From positions 1 to 64,000 of IMG/VR virus record IMGVR_UViG_2773857812_000003: a stretch of DNA of 64,000 bases; one strand, written 5' to 3'. The notes under the pieces were generated by a model, which had not been told where the DNA came from, searched no databases, and worked only from the letters and a program-made list of their open reading frames with translations. Below are positions 1 to 8,637 of this stretch, piece after piece. How positions within the stretch are numbered: the first letter of the stretch is position 1; every line of letters begins with the position of its first letter. Position numbers and translations under genes: made by a program. Source of the stretch: a virus. Its lineage: Duplodnaviria; Caudoviricetes.

Positions 1-243
1 TCACCTGCAGGCCCGTGCCTGATCACGCAGTACGGCGTAATCGCTCATCATTCGTACCAGCACCGCACTTTCCGGCAGGGCCTCGACTTCGGCCGCGGCG
101 CGGGTCTGCTCGGCGGTGCTGTATTCCACCACGGGCGGGCAGGGGGCGTTGTCAGAACTTTCCGTCGCGCAGCCGCTCAGCGAGAGCATCGCGATCATGA
201 GGGCGGCGGCTGGCGGCATCGAGCATCCTTTGACGCGCATCAT
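1..243 (-). CDS. Putative o-spanin lipoprotein (start uncertain)
   Basis: Lipobox LSGC, Pro/Cys-rich; overlaps the i-spanin-like gene in another frame; homolog at 46239. Confidence 0.6.
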   Translation of the reverse strand: MMRVKGCSMPPAAALMIAMLSLSGCATESSDNAPCPPVVEYSTAEQTRAAAEVEALPESAVLVRMMSDYAVLRDQARACR

Positions 244-370
244 TGGTCCTTTCCAGATTTTCGAGGCGTTCGTTGGCGCGCCCGGCCTTCTCGCCGCTGC
301 GCCGCGCGCCGAGGATGAACAGGATGGCGGCGGCGGCGATGGCCAGCCAGGACTTGAAGCGGGCCAGCAT
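152..370 (-). CDS. Putative i-spanin
   Basis: N-terminal TM (WLAIAAAAILFILG) then coiled coil; ATG overlaps endolysin TGA. Confidence 0.6.
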   Translation of the reverse strand: MLARFKSWLAIAAAAILFILGARRSGEKAGRANERLENLERTNDARQRMLDAASRRPHDRDALAERLRDGKF

Positions 371-1029
371 CACGAGGCCCGCCTGATCAGCCGGAACAGC
401 ACCCAGGCCCCGGCCATGACGATCAGCGCTGCCAGCGCGAAGGAGACCGGCCCGTCGCCCTGCAGCGTCCCGGTCAGCCCGGCAAGCGCGCCGCCCGCCG
501 CTGTCAGCACTTCCGGCGTGACCAGCTTTTCGACCAGGGGCGGGACTGCGGCCTCGACCGTGCGCGACGAGACAAAACTGCCCTTCGACCACAGGCCGAT
601 CTCGGCCGCGCGGCGGTTGACCAGCCCGGTCATCTTCTTGCCGTCATTATAGACCCATCGCGCAAGCTGATCGGGCACGGCATCATGATCGCCGGCATTC
701 AGCTTTCTGAGCAGGGTGGAACCAGCGAACTGCCCCTCGCCGATGTTGAAGACGAAGCTGGTCAGCGCCGCCCTTTGCCCATCGGTGAGCGGCACCTTGA
801 CCAGCCGGCGCAGGATATCCTCGGCCTCGCCCAGATCGTGCTCCAGCGCGGCCTCGGCCTGTGCCTCGGTGATCTTCAGGCCCTTGTGGACTGTCATGAA
901 GCGGTCCGAGGTGTGCCCGTAACCGATGCTCCAGGGGGTGCCGTCCTTGCTGCCGGGATCGGGATAGGCCTCCAGCCGCAGGCCCTCCCAGCGCTTGACG
1001 TGTTCGATGGTTTCTTTCGCCACAGGCAT
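370..1029 (-). CDS. Endolysin, phage lysozyme (GH24) with C-terminal hydrophobic helices
   Basis: WEGLRLEAYPD...WSIGYGHT, FVFNIG, GLVNRRAAE motifs; GGAG RBS. Confidence 0.9.
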   Translation of the reverse strand: MPVAKETIEHVKRWEGLRLEAYPDPGSKDGTPWSIGYGHTSDRFMTVHKGLKITEAQAEAALEHDLGEAEDILRRLVKVPLTDGQRAALTSFVFNIGEGQFAGSTLLRKLNAGDHDAVPDQLARWVYNDGKKMTGLVNRRAAEIGLWSKGSFVSSRTVEAAVPPLVEKLVTPEVLTAAGGALAGLTGTLQGDGPVSFALAALIVMAGAWVLFRLIRRAS

Positions 1030-1044
1030 GCTGTTCTCCAATGC

Positions 1045-1067
1045 AAAAACCCCGCGCGCTGGCGGGG
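1045..1067 (-). terminator. Intrinsic terminator-like hairpin just upstream of the endolysin
   Basis: CCCCGC-loop-GCGGGG-TTTTT on minus strand; equivalent hairpin at 47316..47340. Confidence 0.55.
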
Positions 1068-1094
1068 TGGGTGGATGGTCGGGTTGGGCGTCGG

Positions 1095-1349
1095 TCAGTC
1101 GCGGGCGGGTCCGCTGCGTTCCAGCAGGCGTTTGATGTCGGCGCGCATCTCGCGCAGCATCTCGTTCTGTTCCTTGCGGGTCTCGGAAATCGCCTGGCGG
1201 TCGGCGTCGAGCTGCTTTTCCAGCCGCGCCACCTCGCGCAGGGCGGTCTTGCTGCTGCCCTCAAGCCGCACGAGCCAGATGCCAAGGCCGGTCGCCGCCA
1301 TGATCGCGCCCCACCATTCGCGGATGGTATCCATGAAGTTCTCTCCCAT
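1095..1349 (-). CDS. Small single-TM, coiled-coil protein (holin/XhlA-like candidate)
   Basis: 84 aa, TM near N terminus, next to endolysin; near-identical copy at 47370..47624. Confidence 0.6.
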   Translation of the reverse strand: MGENFMDTIREWWGAIMAATGLGIWLVRLEGSSKTALREVARLEKQLDADRQAISETRKEQNEMLREMRADIKRLLERSGPARD

Positions 1350-1353
1350 GGGT

Positions 1354-2097
1354 TCAACCCGGCAGGCCGCAGGTCAGGTAATGGATGGCAATGCGCACCG
1401 CGCCGCCGGTGAAGCTGCCGCCATTGGCTGTCAGCCGCACGGGCGTGTCGGCATAGAAGGCCGTCGGCCCGATGACGCCGATATTGCTGCTGCCCACGGC
1501 CACACCGAGCGAACCGCCGAATTTCGAGGGCTCGCCGTTGATGCCGCAGTCGAAGGAGCTGGCCCCCAACACCGCGGTCACGGTCCGCACGGATACACCG
1601 AGAACGATGGCACGGTTGGGGATCACGATGGTCGAGTCCCGGCTGGCCCCGGAAAGGCCGGAGAGGGTTTCTTCCCGCACCGCCATGCCGGTGGTCGCGC
1701 CATTTGCCTCCCGCGCCACGGCGACCGAGGCTGCCTGCGCGATGAAGCCCATGGCATCCACAACCGGGATCCACGCCGATCCGGTCCAGACGATCGCCTG
1801 CGCCTCGTCCTCGATCCAGGCCATCCAGCCGGCGCTCGGCAGGATCCGCATCCAGGCGCCGTCGATCCAGTAGGCGATGCTGCGGTCCCAGCCAGCCCAC
1901 GCGCCCGTCGCGCCACTGGCTGCGATATAGCGGTCGCCTTCGGCCGGACTTGCCGGCGGCGCGGTCAGATCGCGGTCGAGAACGGATAGCTGCACGATGC
2001 CGTCGAGCAGTCGTAGCGCCTCGTTCATGGTCACGTGCTTCTGGGCCTGCGCGGCCATGATGAACGGCAGCGCGAGATGCGCTGTGGTGTCAGGCAT
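1354..2097 (-). CDS. DUF2793-type tail fibre/accessory protein
   Basis: LALPFIMAAQAQKHVTMNEAL...PPASPAEGDRYI motif; follows megatron. Confidence 0.85.
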   Translation of the reverse strand: MPDTTAHLALPFIMAAQAQKHVTMNEALRLLDGIVQLSVLDRDLTAPPASPAEGDRYIAASGATGAWAGWDRSIAYWIDGAWMRILPSAGWMAWIEDEAQAIVWTGSAWIPVVDAMGFIAQAASVAVAREANGATTGMAVREETLSGLSGASRDSTIVIPNRAIVLGVSVRTVTAVLGASSFDCGINGEPSKFGGSLGVAVGSSNIGVIGPTAFYADTPVRLTANGGSFTGGAVRIAIHYLTCGLPG

Positions 2098-2111
2098 GGG
2101 TTGTCTCCTGT

Positions 2112-5100
2112 TTAGAACCAGAGGGTGGTGACGGGGGCCGCCCCGGCACCGAACGCCTGCCCGATCTGGGCAATGCGGATATCGAGGGACGCACCGGGGG
2201 CGAGCGGCGCGCCCCAATCAGCGCTCTGCTGCGCCGCGGTGTAGAGCGCGTTGGTGGTGGCAACTTGGAAGGATCTCTTGACGGTTGCCCCGTCGAGAAT
2301 CTCGACCTGCCACGCCTCGCCAGCCTCGGACATGGGGATCTCGGCCGCATTCCAACTGTCGGCGGCGAGCGAGCGGTCACGCCTCACCCAGCTTATGGTC
2401 AGATCGCCCGGAACCCGCGCGCGCCGCCACGGCTGCGCGACATGCACGGGCGCGAACGGACGCAGGCCCGTGCCGCGGGGCGTGAAGGCTTGCGCCAGAT
2501 AGCTGTCGTCGCTGACCGGGCGTGATGCGGGACCGATGCGCCAGTTCCACGGCAGTCCCATATCGGCCTCGTTCACCGGCAGCGGTGCCAGCGCTGCGTC
2601 CAGCACCACCACCCGCGCCCCTGCCGGTACCATGGCTGCCATGTCGGCATCCGTGCCGCGTTGACCACGCAGCAGGCGCGAGAGCCGATATCGGCCGGGG
2701 GCGATCAGTTCGGCGGCGCCGAATTGCAGGATCTCCCAGCCGCCGCCTGGCTGCGCGACGGCGAGCGCGTTCTCGCCAGCGAACAGGCGCAGGTCGGTGA
2801 TGCTCTCGAGGGTGCCTGACAGCAGGTCGAGATAGACCGAGTTGCCGTAGTCGAACCGAGAGGTCGGGCCGGCATGGAGATCGGCCACCAGTTCGCCCAT
2901 GCGCGCCCGGGTGCTGACTGTGGTCAGCAGTTCGAAGCCGGAAGCCTCGGGGCTGCGGAACACCGCCATCTGGCCCGGCCAGGGGCGGGCATGGGTGGCG
3001 ATCAGCGGGTGGTGTGGCGCGACATCCTCGCGCAGTTGCGGCAGGTTCAGAAGCTCGACCAGCGGCGCACCGAACACGACCGGCCGGGCAAGCGCAGCCG
3101 GGCGAGGGCTTCCGGGCGGCAGGTCATAGGCATCCCGGTCCTGGCGGATGGTCTCGATGCTGCGGGCCTCGGCATCGGAAACCGTGAGGATGCGCATCTC
3201 GGCAAGCCGTCCGTCGTGATCCAGCGCGATGACATCGCCGGGATCCAGCGCCAGCATCGAGGGCGGCAGGCTGAAGGCTCCGGTCTCGCGGCCGATCCAT
3301 GCCTCCATCAGCGCCCGGCGGCAGCGCCGGTCGGCTTCCTCGGGCGGCACCGCGACCGGGAAACTGTCGGAGGCGACGCGCGTGGCATCCACGGTGATGC
3401 GGCGGGATTCGACGGTGATGCCGTCATAATCCTCGTCCGCGCGCGCCACCTGCCATTTCAGGGCCTGCGGCAGTTCAGTCTCCTGGCCCCGGGTCAGTTC
3501 CATGACGTCGCCCGCGCCCGAGGATACCATGTCGTCCGGGGCGATGGTCGCCACCGGGGCGCTGCCGCGCATGACGAAGCGAATGCGCCCCTCGCTCTCG
3601 ACGGCATCGAAGCCGAAATGCCGCGCCAGCATGGTGATCGAGGTGCGGGGCGATTCCAGCGCCGAGATCACATAGCCATCGACAGCGCCGGTCAGGCCCG
3701 AGACATCGATCCACGCCGAGGGCATGCCGGCGCGCAGGCAGAGGTGGCGCACCAGCGCCGCCAGCGACACCGCGCCCAGCCGCCCGGTCAGCCAGTGCCC
3801 CAGCCGCCAGTTGTCGCCATCCGCCCATATGTCCCCGAGTTGAGGGAAGAACGGATAAGGCCGGGCATCCCAGGTCCATGCCGCGCATTCCGCCACCTCG
3901 ACCATGCGGCCGGCATATTCGGTGGAGACCGGGTTGTTTTCGGCGTCACCCCAGAACAGGTAGGTCGCTTCCAGATAGGCTCGCTGGACGGCATCGTCGC
4001 GCCAGCCGCGTGAGAACCAGGGCACGAAGGATTCCGAGGATTTCGGGTCATGAAACACGTTCGGCTGGTTGGGGCCGCGATCCACGGCCGGGCAACCGAG
4101 TTCGGTAAACCGGATCGGCTTCGACTGCGGCAGCCATGCGGTCAGGGACGCTGCGGGGATCCCGCCTGGGCGGTTGCGATGCGGGTTTGACCACCAGCCG
4201 CGGATGTCCTTGTAGCGGAAGATCCACGGCTCGGGTGCCACCGCGGGCAAGGTCGCGAAACTCGGGATCGCGCCCGACCATATGCTGAGATTGCTGACCA
4301 GCGCTCCCGGCCAGGGGAGTGCTGTCGTGACGGTGCTGGACCCCGACACCGGGCCGTTGGCAAGGCCATATCCTGCGCCGTTGTTGGCGGCCCATGTGCC
4401 GGATACGGACCCGCCGAAGCTTGCCGTGGCCGCGACATTCCCGTCGACAGCAAAGCCGATCTCGCCGCTTGCCATGTCGAACCATGCGACCAGATCGGCG
4501 GTCCTGCCAGCGAGCGAGGCGGCAGGGGTCGAGGCCGTCCTGGTCTGTCCGATGGCCGAGAAAATCTCGTGCAGGATCAACTGCCCGCCAGCCAGGCCGA
4601 AGAACATGCCGCTGCTCAGGTTGCCGATCTCGAAAACAATGCCGTCCGCGATCAGGGCCGGGAACTGGACCCGGCAGGATAGGGTGATGCTGACACTCCG
4701 ATATGGCACCGTGGTGGTGAAACTGGTGCCGGGACTTTGGCTGATGCCGGGTGCTGCAACAGGCATCGCGGTGATGACCTTGCCGCCGGCGCCCGGTGTG
4801 ATGCTGTCCTCGATCGGTGTGCGGTTCTGCGCGATCCGGTCGCCCTCGCTGGCATAGTACCAGTCGAAGCCCTCGCCGCCGGCAATGTTCGATTGCAGAT
4901 AGGCGCGGTCGTAGATTGACGGCCATGCCAGCGCATCGAGATGCTCCCAGCCATCGCGCCAGTCGGAAAGCGGCATGTAATTGTCGATACCGATGAAATC
5001 GACATTGGCATCCGCCCAGAGCGGGTCGAGGTGGAAGAACACGTCGCCCGAGCCATCGCCCGGGTGGTGCCCGAAATACTCCGACCAATCGGCGGCATAG

Positions 5101-6626
5101 CTGATCTTAGTGCCCGGCCCGAGGATCGAGCGGACGGCAGCGGCCAGCGATTGCAACGCGGCAACCGCCGGATAGGTCGATGCCCCGGATCGGATCGAGG
5201 TCAGCCCGCGCATTTCGGATCCGATCAGGAAGGCATCAACCCCGCCCGCCGCCGCGCAGAGATGGGCGTAATGCAGGATCATGCGCCGGAAGCCCCAATC
5301 CGGCCCGTCGGTCCAGGTCACGCTGTCGCCGCTGACTGCGAAATCCGAGGGCTGGGCATTGCCGAAGAAGGCATCGACCTGCACCGCGGCGGCGGCGGTC
5401 TTGTCCACGGTCCCGGCGAAACCGGCCGCAGGTGAGCAGGTGATCCTGCCGCGCCACGGCAGCACCGACTGGCCGATGGCCGCGGCATAGTCGGACCAGG
5501 GATCCGGCAGGGTGTTGCCGGCCGGGACATCCATCATCAGGAACGGATAAAAGGTCACCTTGAGCCCGCGCGCCCTCATCTCGCGCATGGCCTGCAGCAC
5601 CGAGAAATCCGCTGGCGTGCCACCATAGATCGGCCGCCCCTGATCGTCCTGACTGACCACCAGCGCATCGCCGCGGCTCACGCCGTTGACGCTCCAGGCA
5701 GGCGTGGTGTTCTTCTGCGCCATTTCGACCTTCGGGCGGATCGTGCAGCTTCCGGCGCGCAGATCGTCGCCGAACCAGGACACCACCAGCGAGGCGCTTT
5801 CGACCTTTGGCACCATGGCTTCCAGCCGGTCCAGCGAAACCACCATGTCGGCGGTTCCGGCCATGGCGTTGACATTCTCGGCCGCGCTGTCGCCGTCCCC
5901 GGCCTTGCGCACGATCTGGGTTGCGTAGGACCATTCTCCCGACGCCGGGATAATGGTGACCGCGGGCACCAGCCCCTCGGCGGTGTCGGCATCGTCCAGA
6001 GGCCGGAACACCTCGAAGGACAGTTGCGGCAGGCGGTTGCCGAAGCGCGCCAGCGGCAGTTCCTCGAACACCACATAGGCGGTGCCGCGATAGGCAGGCG
6101 TGTTCCCCACCCCCATCTTCGCCGCGATGAAGGGGTCTGGGGCCTGTGCCTCGCTGCCCGGATACCAGCGCCACGTCGCCTCACTGAGGTCCACGATCTC
6201 GCCATCAGCCCAGATGCGGCCAATGCCGGTGATCGTGCCTTCGCAGAGCGCGACCGCGAAACTGGCATAGTAGAGGTACTCGGTCGTGGTGACCTTCTGC
6301 CCGCCGCCTTTGCCGCCCCCCTGGCGGTGAACATTGGTTTCCTCGCGGAAGTCGGTCGCCCAGATGATATTGCCGCCGATGCGCATGCGGCCATAGAGGC
6401 GCGGGATCACCACCCCTTCGGTCGCCGAGGTTATGCGCAGGCTGTCCATGCGCTGGCCCTCGATGCGCTGGCCGGGCGTCAGGGACGAGACGATCCAGCT
6501 GTCGACCATCGAGCCGATGCCGGAGCCGATCATGCCGCCGATCGCAGCGCCGGAGAGGCCGAGGATCGTGCCGCCGAAGCCGCCGCCGATGGCGGTGCCG
6601 ACCGCGCCGAGAAGGATGGTTGCCAT
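2112..6626 (-). CDS. Baseplate multidomain 'megatron' / host-specificity protein (GTA g15-like) with inserted beta-sandwich domain
   Basis: IPRLYGRMRIGGNIIW, FGNRLPQLSFEV, YAADWSEY, FTELGCPAVDRG motifs; 1504 aa. Confidence 0.92.
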   Translation of the reverse strand: MATILLGAVGTAIGGGFGGTILGLSGAAIGGMIGSGIGSMVDSWIVSSLTPGQRIEGQRMDSLRITSATEGVVIPRLYGRMRIGGNIIWATDFREETNVHRQGGGKGGGQKVTTTEYLYYASFAVALCEGTITGIGRIWADGEIVDLSEATWRWYPGSEAQAPDPFIAAKMGVGNTPAYRGTAYVVFEELPLARFGNRLPQLSFEVFRPLDDADTAEGLVPAVTIIPASGEWSYATQIVRKAGDGDSAAENVNAMAGTADMVVSLDRLEAMVPKVESASLVVSWFGDDLRAGSCTIRPKVEMAQKNTTPAWSVNGVSRGDALVVSQDDQGRPIYGGTPADFSVLQAMREMRARGLKVTFYPFLMMDVPAGNTLPDPWSDYAAAIGQSVLPWRGRITCSPAAGFAGTVDKTAAAAVQVDAFFGNAQPSDFAVSGDSVTWTDGPDWGFRRMILHYAHLCAAAGGVDAFLIGSEMRGLTSIRSGASTYPAVAALQSLAAAVRSILGPGTKISYAADWSEYFGHHPGDGSGDVFFHLDPLWADANVDFIGIDNYMPLSDWRDGWEHLDALAWPSIYDRAYLQSNIAGGEGFDWYYASEGDRIAQNRTPIEDSITPGAGGKVITAMPVAAPGISQSPGTSFTTTVPYRSVSITLSCRVQFPALIADGIVFEIGNLSSGMFFGLAGGQLILHEIFSAIGQTRTASTPAASLAGRTADLVAWFDMASGEIGFAVDGNVAATASFGGSVSGTWAANNGAGYGLANGPVSGSSTVTTALPWPGALVSNLSIWSGAIPSFATLPAVAPEPWIFRYKDIRGWWSNPHRNRPGGIPAASLTAWLPQSKPIRFTELGCPAVDRGPNQPNVFHDPKSSESFVPWFSRGWRDDAVQRAYLEATYLFWGDAENNPVSTEYAGRMVEVAECAAWTWDARPYPFFPQLGDIWADGDNWRLGHWLTGRLGAVSLAALVRHLCLRAGMPSAWIDVSGLTGAVDGYVISALESPRTSITMLARHFGFDAVESEGRIRFVMRGSAPVATIAPDDMVSSGAGDVMELTRGQETELPQALKWQVARADEDYDGITVESRRITVDATRVASDSFPVAVPPEEADRRCRRALMEAWIGRETGAFSLPPSMLALDPGDVIALDHDGRLAEMRILTVSDAEARSIETIRQDRDAYDLPPGSPRPAALARPVVFGAPLVELLNLPQLREDVAPHHPLIATHARPWPGQMAVFRSPEASGFELLTTVSTRARMGELVADLHAGPTSRFDYGNSVYLDLLSGTLESITDLRLFAGENALAVAQPGGGWEILQFGAAELIAPGRYRLSRLLRGQRGTDADMAAMVPAGARVVVLDAALAPLPVNEADMGLPWNWRIGPASRPVSDDSYLAQAFTPRGTGLRPFAPVHVAQPWRRARVPGDLTISWVRRDRSLAADSWNAAEIPMSEAGEAWQVEILDGATVKRSFQVATTNALYTAAQQSADWGAPLAPGASLDIRIAQIGQAFGAGAAPVTTLWF

Positions 6627-6629
6627 GAG

Positions 6630-7133
6630 TCAGGTCTTCTTCTTGTGCAGGCCGGGCGCCGGGCGCGGGAACAGGAAGGCGAAGGCAATGCGCCGCCGCC
6701 ATGCGATGGTGAGCGGTTCTTCGATCACCCCGAGCCGCTCATAGGAATGGACGAATGTGCCCTCGCCGGTCAGGATGCCGACATGCTTGACGATGGCGCC
6801 CGCGCGCATGCGGAACAGCACCACCGCGCCCGGCCCGGCCTCGGCCGGGTCGATGCGGATCATCACCCGGCCGGCATTCTCGGCCAGCACCTCGCGGCTG
6901 CCGATCTCGCCCCAGTCGCGGCTGTAGGGCGGCACCGGCAGCGTCTCGCTTCCGACCACTTCGCGCCAGATGCCGCGCGCCAGCCCGAGGCAGTCGCAGC
7001 CGACGCCCTTGACGCTGGCCTGATCGTGATAGGGCGTGCCGAGCCAGCCGCGCGCGGCGGCGATCACGGATCGGGCATCGGCGGGCCGGGCATCAGATGC
7101 TGCATACGGTGCAACAACTGCCGCGCCTCTCAC
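6630..7133 (-). CDS. NlpC/P60 family phage cell-wall peptidase (GTA g14-like)
   Basis: WLGTPYHDQAS...GCDCLGL, KHVGI; GTG start overlaps upstream stop. Confidence 0.9.
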   Translation of the reverse strand: MRGAAVVAPYAASDARPADARSVIAAARGWLGTPYHDQASVKGVGCDCLGLARGIWREVVGSETLPVPPYSRDWGEIGSREVLAENAGRVMIRIDPAEAGPGAVVLFRMRAGAIVKHVGILTGEGTFVHSYERLGVIEEPLTIAWRRRIAFAFLFPRPAPGLHKKKT

Positions 7134-8014
7134 AGCACCGCCCCCTCGTGCCCGCCATCCGCCGTGGCGTAGCGGACAACCGCGTCCTGGCCGGGGATAT
7201 GCGGGAAGCCGCGGAAGTTGGCGATGTTGCTGAACTTGGCCGCGCAGGTCGCGCTGCGCTTGTCGCAGCCGGCGCGGATGGTGAAGGCATTGCCGCCCGC
7301 GACCGCGCGCACAGGCGCTTCCAGCAGGGTGATGGTGACCACGCCGGAGGCGATCTCGTGCAGCATCACTTCGGCCAGCCGACCGCTGTTCGGGCCGCTC
7401 GTCCATTCCAGATGACCGAAGCTGAACCAGCCGCTGGCGAAGCCACCGAGGCCGGAGGCGGTGAAGGCGCCGTCGCGGATCGGATCGACCACCGCGCCGG
7501 TGCCGCGATAAGCGGCGGCGGCAATGTTCACCCCGCAGCGGCTGTCGCCCAGTGCCGCATCGCAGGTGCCCTGATAGACCCGGCCGACCGTCTGACCCAG
7601 CACATGCGCCATGCTGCGCACCTCGGCGACGAAGGACATGCGCCCGCGCCGCAACTCGCCGATGGCGCCGCGCCGGATCAGTACCCGCTGGCCGAGGGCG
7701 TTCCAGTTCACCCGCCAGACCTCGACCAGTGCGTTGTCCCAGCGCCCGTCCAGAATATCGGTCTCGGTGATCCGGCCCGAGGTCAGCGCTCCCTGCGCAT
7801 CCTGGGAATCCACCGACAGATCCGAGCCGGCCCGGATCTCGGATGCCGAAAGCCCGCTTTCCGGCTCATAGTCCGTGCCGCCGAAGGCAAGCGGGCAATC
7901 ATGATCGGTAAAACCGAAGCTCTGGCCATCGGCGCGGGTGATCTTCCAGCACCAGGCCAGCGTGGTGGTGCCATCGTCCAGATGCGCCTGCAGGGCAGGG
8001 GACAGCGATTTCAT
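7130..8014 (-). CDS. Baseplate hub protein (DUF2163, GTA g13-like)
   Basis: TTLAWCWKITR, GFTDHD, CDAALGD, GCDKR, NFRGFPHIPG. Confidence 0.9.
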   Translation of the reverse strand: MKSLSPALQAHLDDGTTTLAWCWKITRADGQSFGFTDHDCPLAFGGTDYEPESGLSASEIRAGSDLSVDSQDAQGALTSGRITETDILDGRWDNALVEVWRVNWNALGQRVLIRRGAIGELRRGRMSFVAEVRSMAHVLGQTVGRVYQGTCDAALGDSRCGVNIAAAAYRGTGAVVDPIRDGAFTASGLGGFASGWFSFGHLEWTSGPNSGRLAEVMLHEIASGVVTITLLEAPVRAVAGGNAFTIRAGCDKRSATCAAKFSNIANFRGFPHIPGQDAVVRYATADGGHEGAVL

Positions 8015-8637
8015 CGGCGGATTTCCACGAGCGGGATGGAGGTGATCGAGCCGAGCCGCTCGATATCGAGGGTGACGTCGAGCGTGTCACTGTCGAAGCG
8101 GACGGGCACGTCGAATTCGAACCCCGCGCGGACGGTGACGCCAGCGGCGGGTGCGGTTCCGAATGTAACGACACCGGTCGTCGTATCGACCGACCAGCCG
8201 GAAAGCTGCTCGACGCCGCCCAGCGCCAGCCTGACGCTGCCTGCGACCGGCCTGGTGATCGAGCGGGTCCAGGACTGCGCCCCGGAGGCATACCGCTTCA
8301 CAAGCTGGAACGCCGTTGCGGTTCCGTTGCCGGTCCCGAGCAACTGGTCCTGGTGCGTCACCACCGCCGATGGCTTGCAGGATTTATGATCGCCCCAATC
8401 CTTGAAGCGGAAGCCGTGCAGACGCCCGTTGCGGGCCTCGAAGAATTGCACCACGGCGTCGAGATCGTCGGCGCGGCGGATGCCATAGGAGACGTCATAG
8501 CGGCGGCGCGAGTTGGCCCAGCTGGCGTTGCGTTCCTCGTCGCCGGAGGCCAGTTCCACGATCTGCGTGCGCCGTTCCGGGCCGCCGCGCGCGCCGCGGC
8601 TGATATTGTCCGGGAACCGGATATCGTGAAAAGTCAT
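8011..8637 (-). CDS. Distal tail protein (DUF2460, GTA g12-like)
   Basis: GGPERRT, EERNASWA, FRFKDW, GFEFDVPVRFD. Confidence 0.9.
   Translation of the reverse strand: MTFHDIRFPDNISRGARGGPERRTQIVELASGDEERNASWANSRRRYDVSYGIRRADDLDAVVQFFEARNGRLHGFRFKDWGDHKSCKPSAVVTHQDQLLGTGNGTATAFQLVKRYASGAQSWTRSITRPVAGSVRLALGGVEQLSGWSVDTTTGVVTFGTAPAAGVTVRAGFEFDVPVRFDSDTLDVTLDIERLGSITSIPLVEIRR

Noticed and set aside
4233-4805. Diversity-generating retroelement or invertible tail-fibre switch
   Set aside because: No reverse transcriptase, template repeat or invertase seen; differences between the two inserts are not adenine-restricted
2112-8637. Gene transfer agent cluster
   Set aside because: Tail genes are GTA-like, but the element has an integrase, replication origin, lambda-type terminase/portal and lysis genes, so it is a prophage
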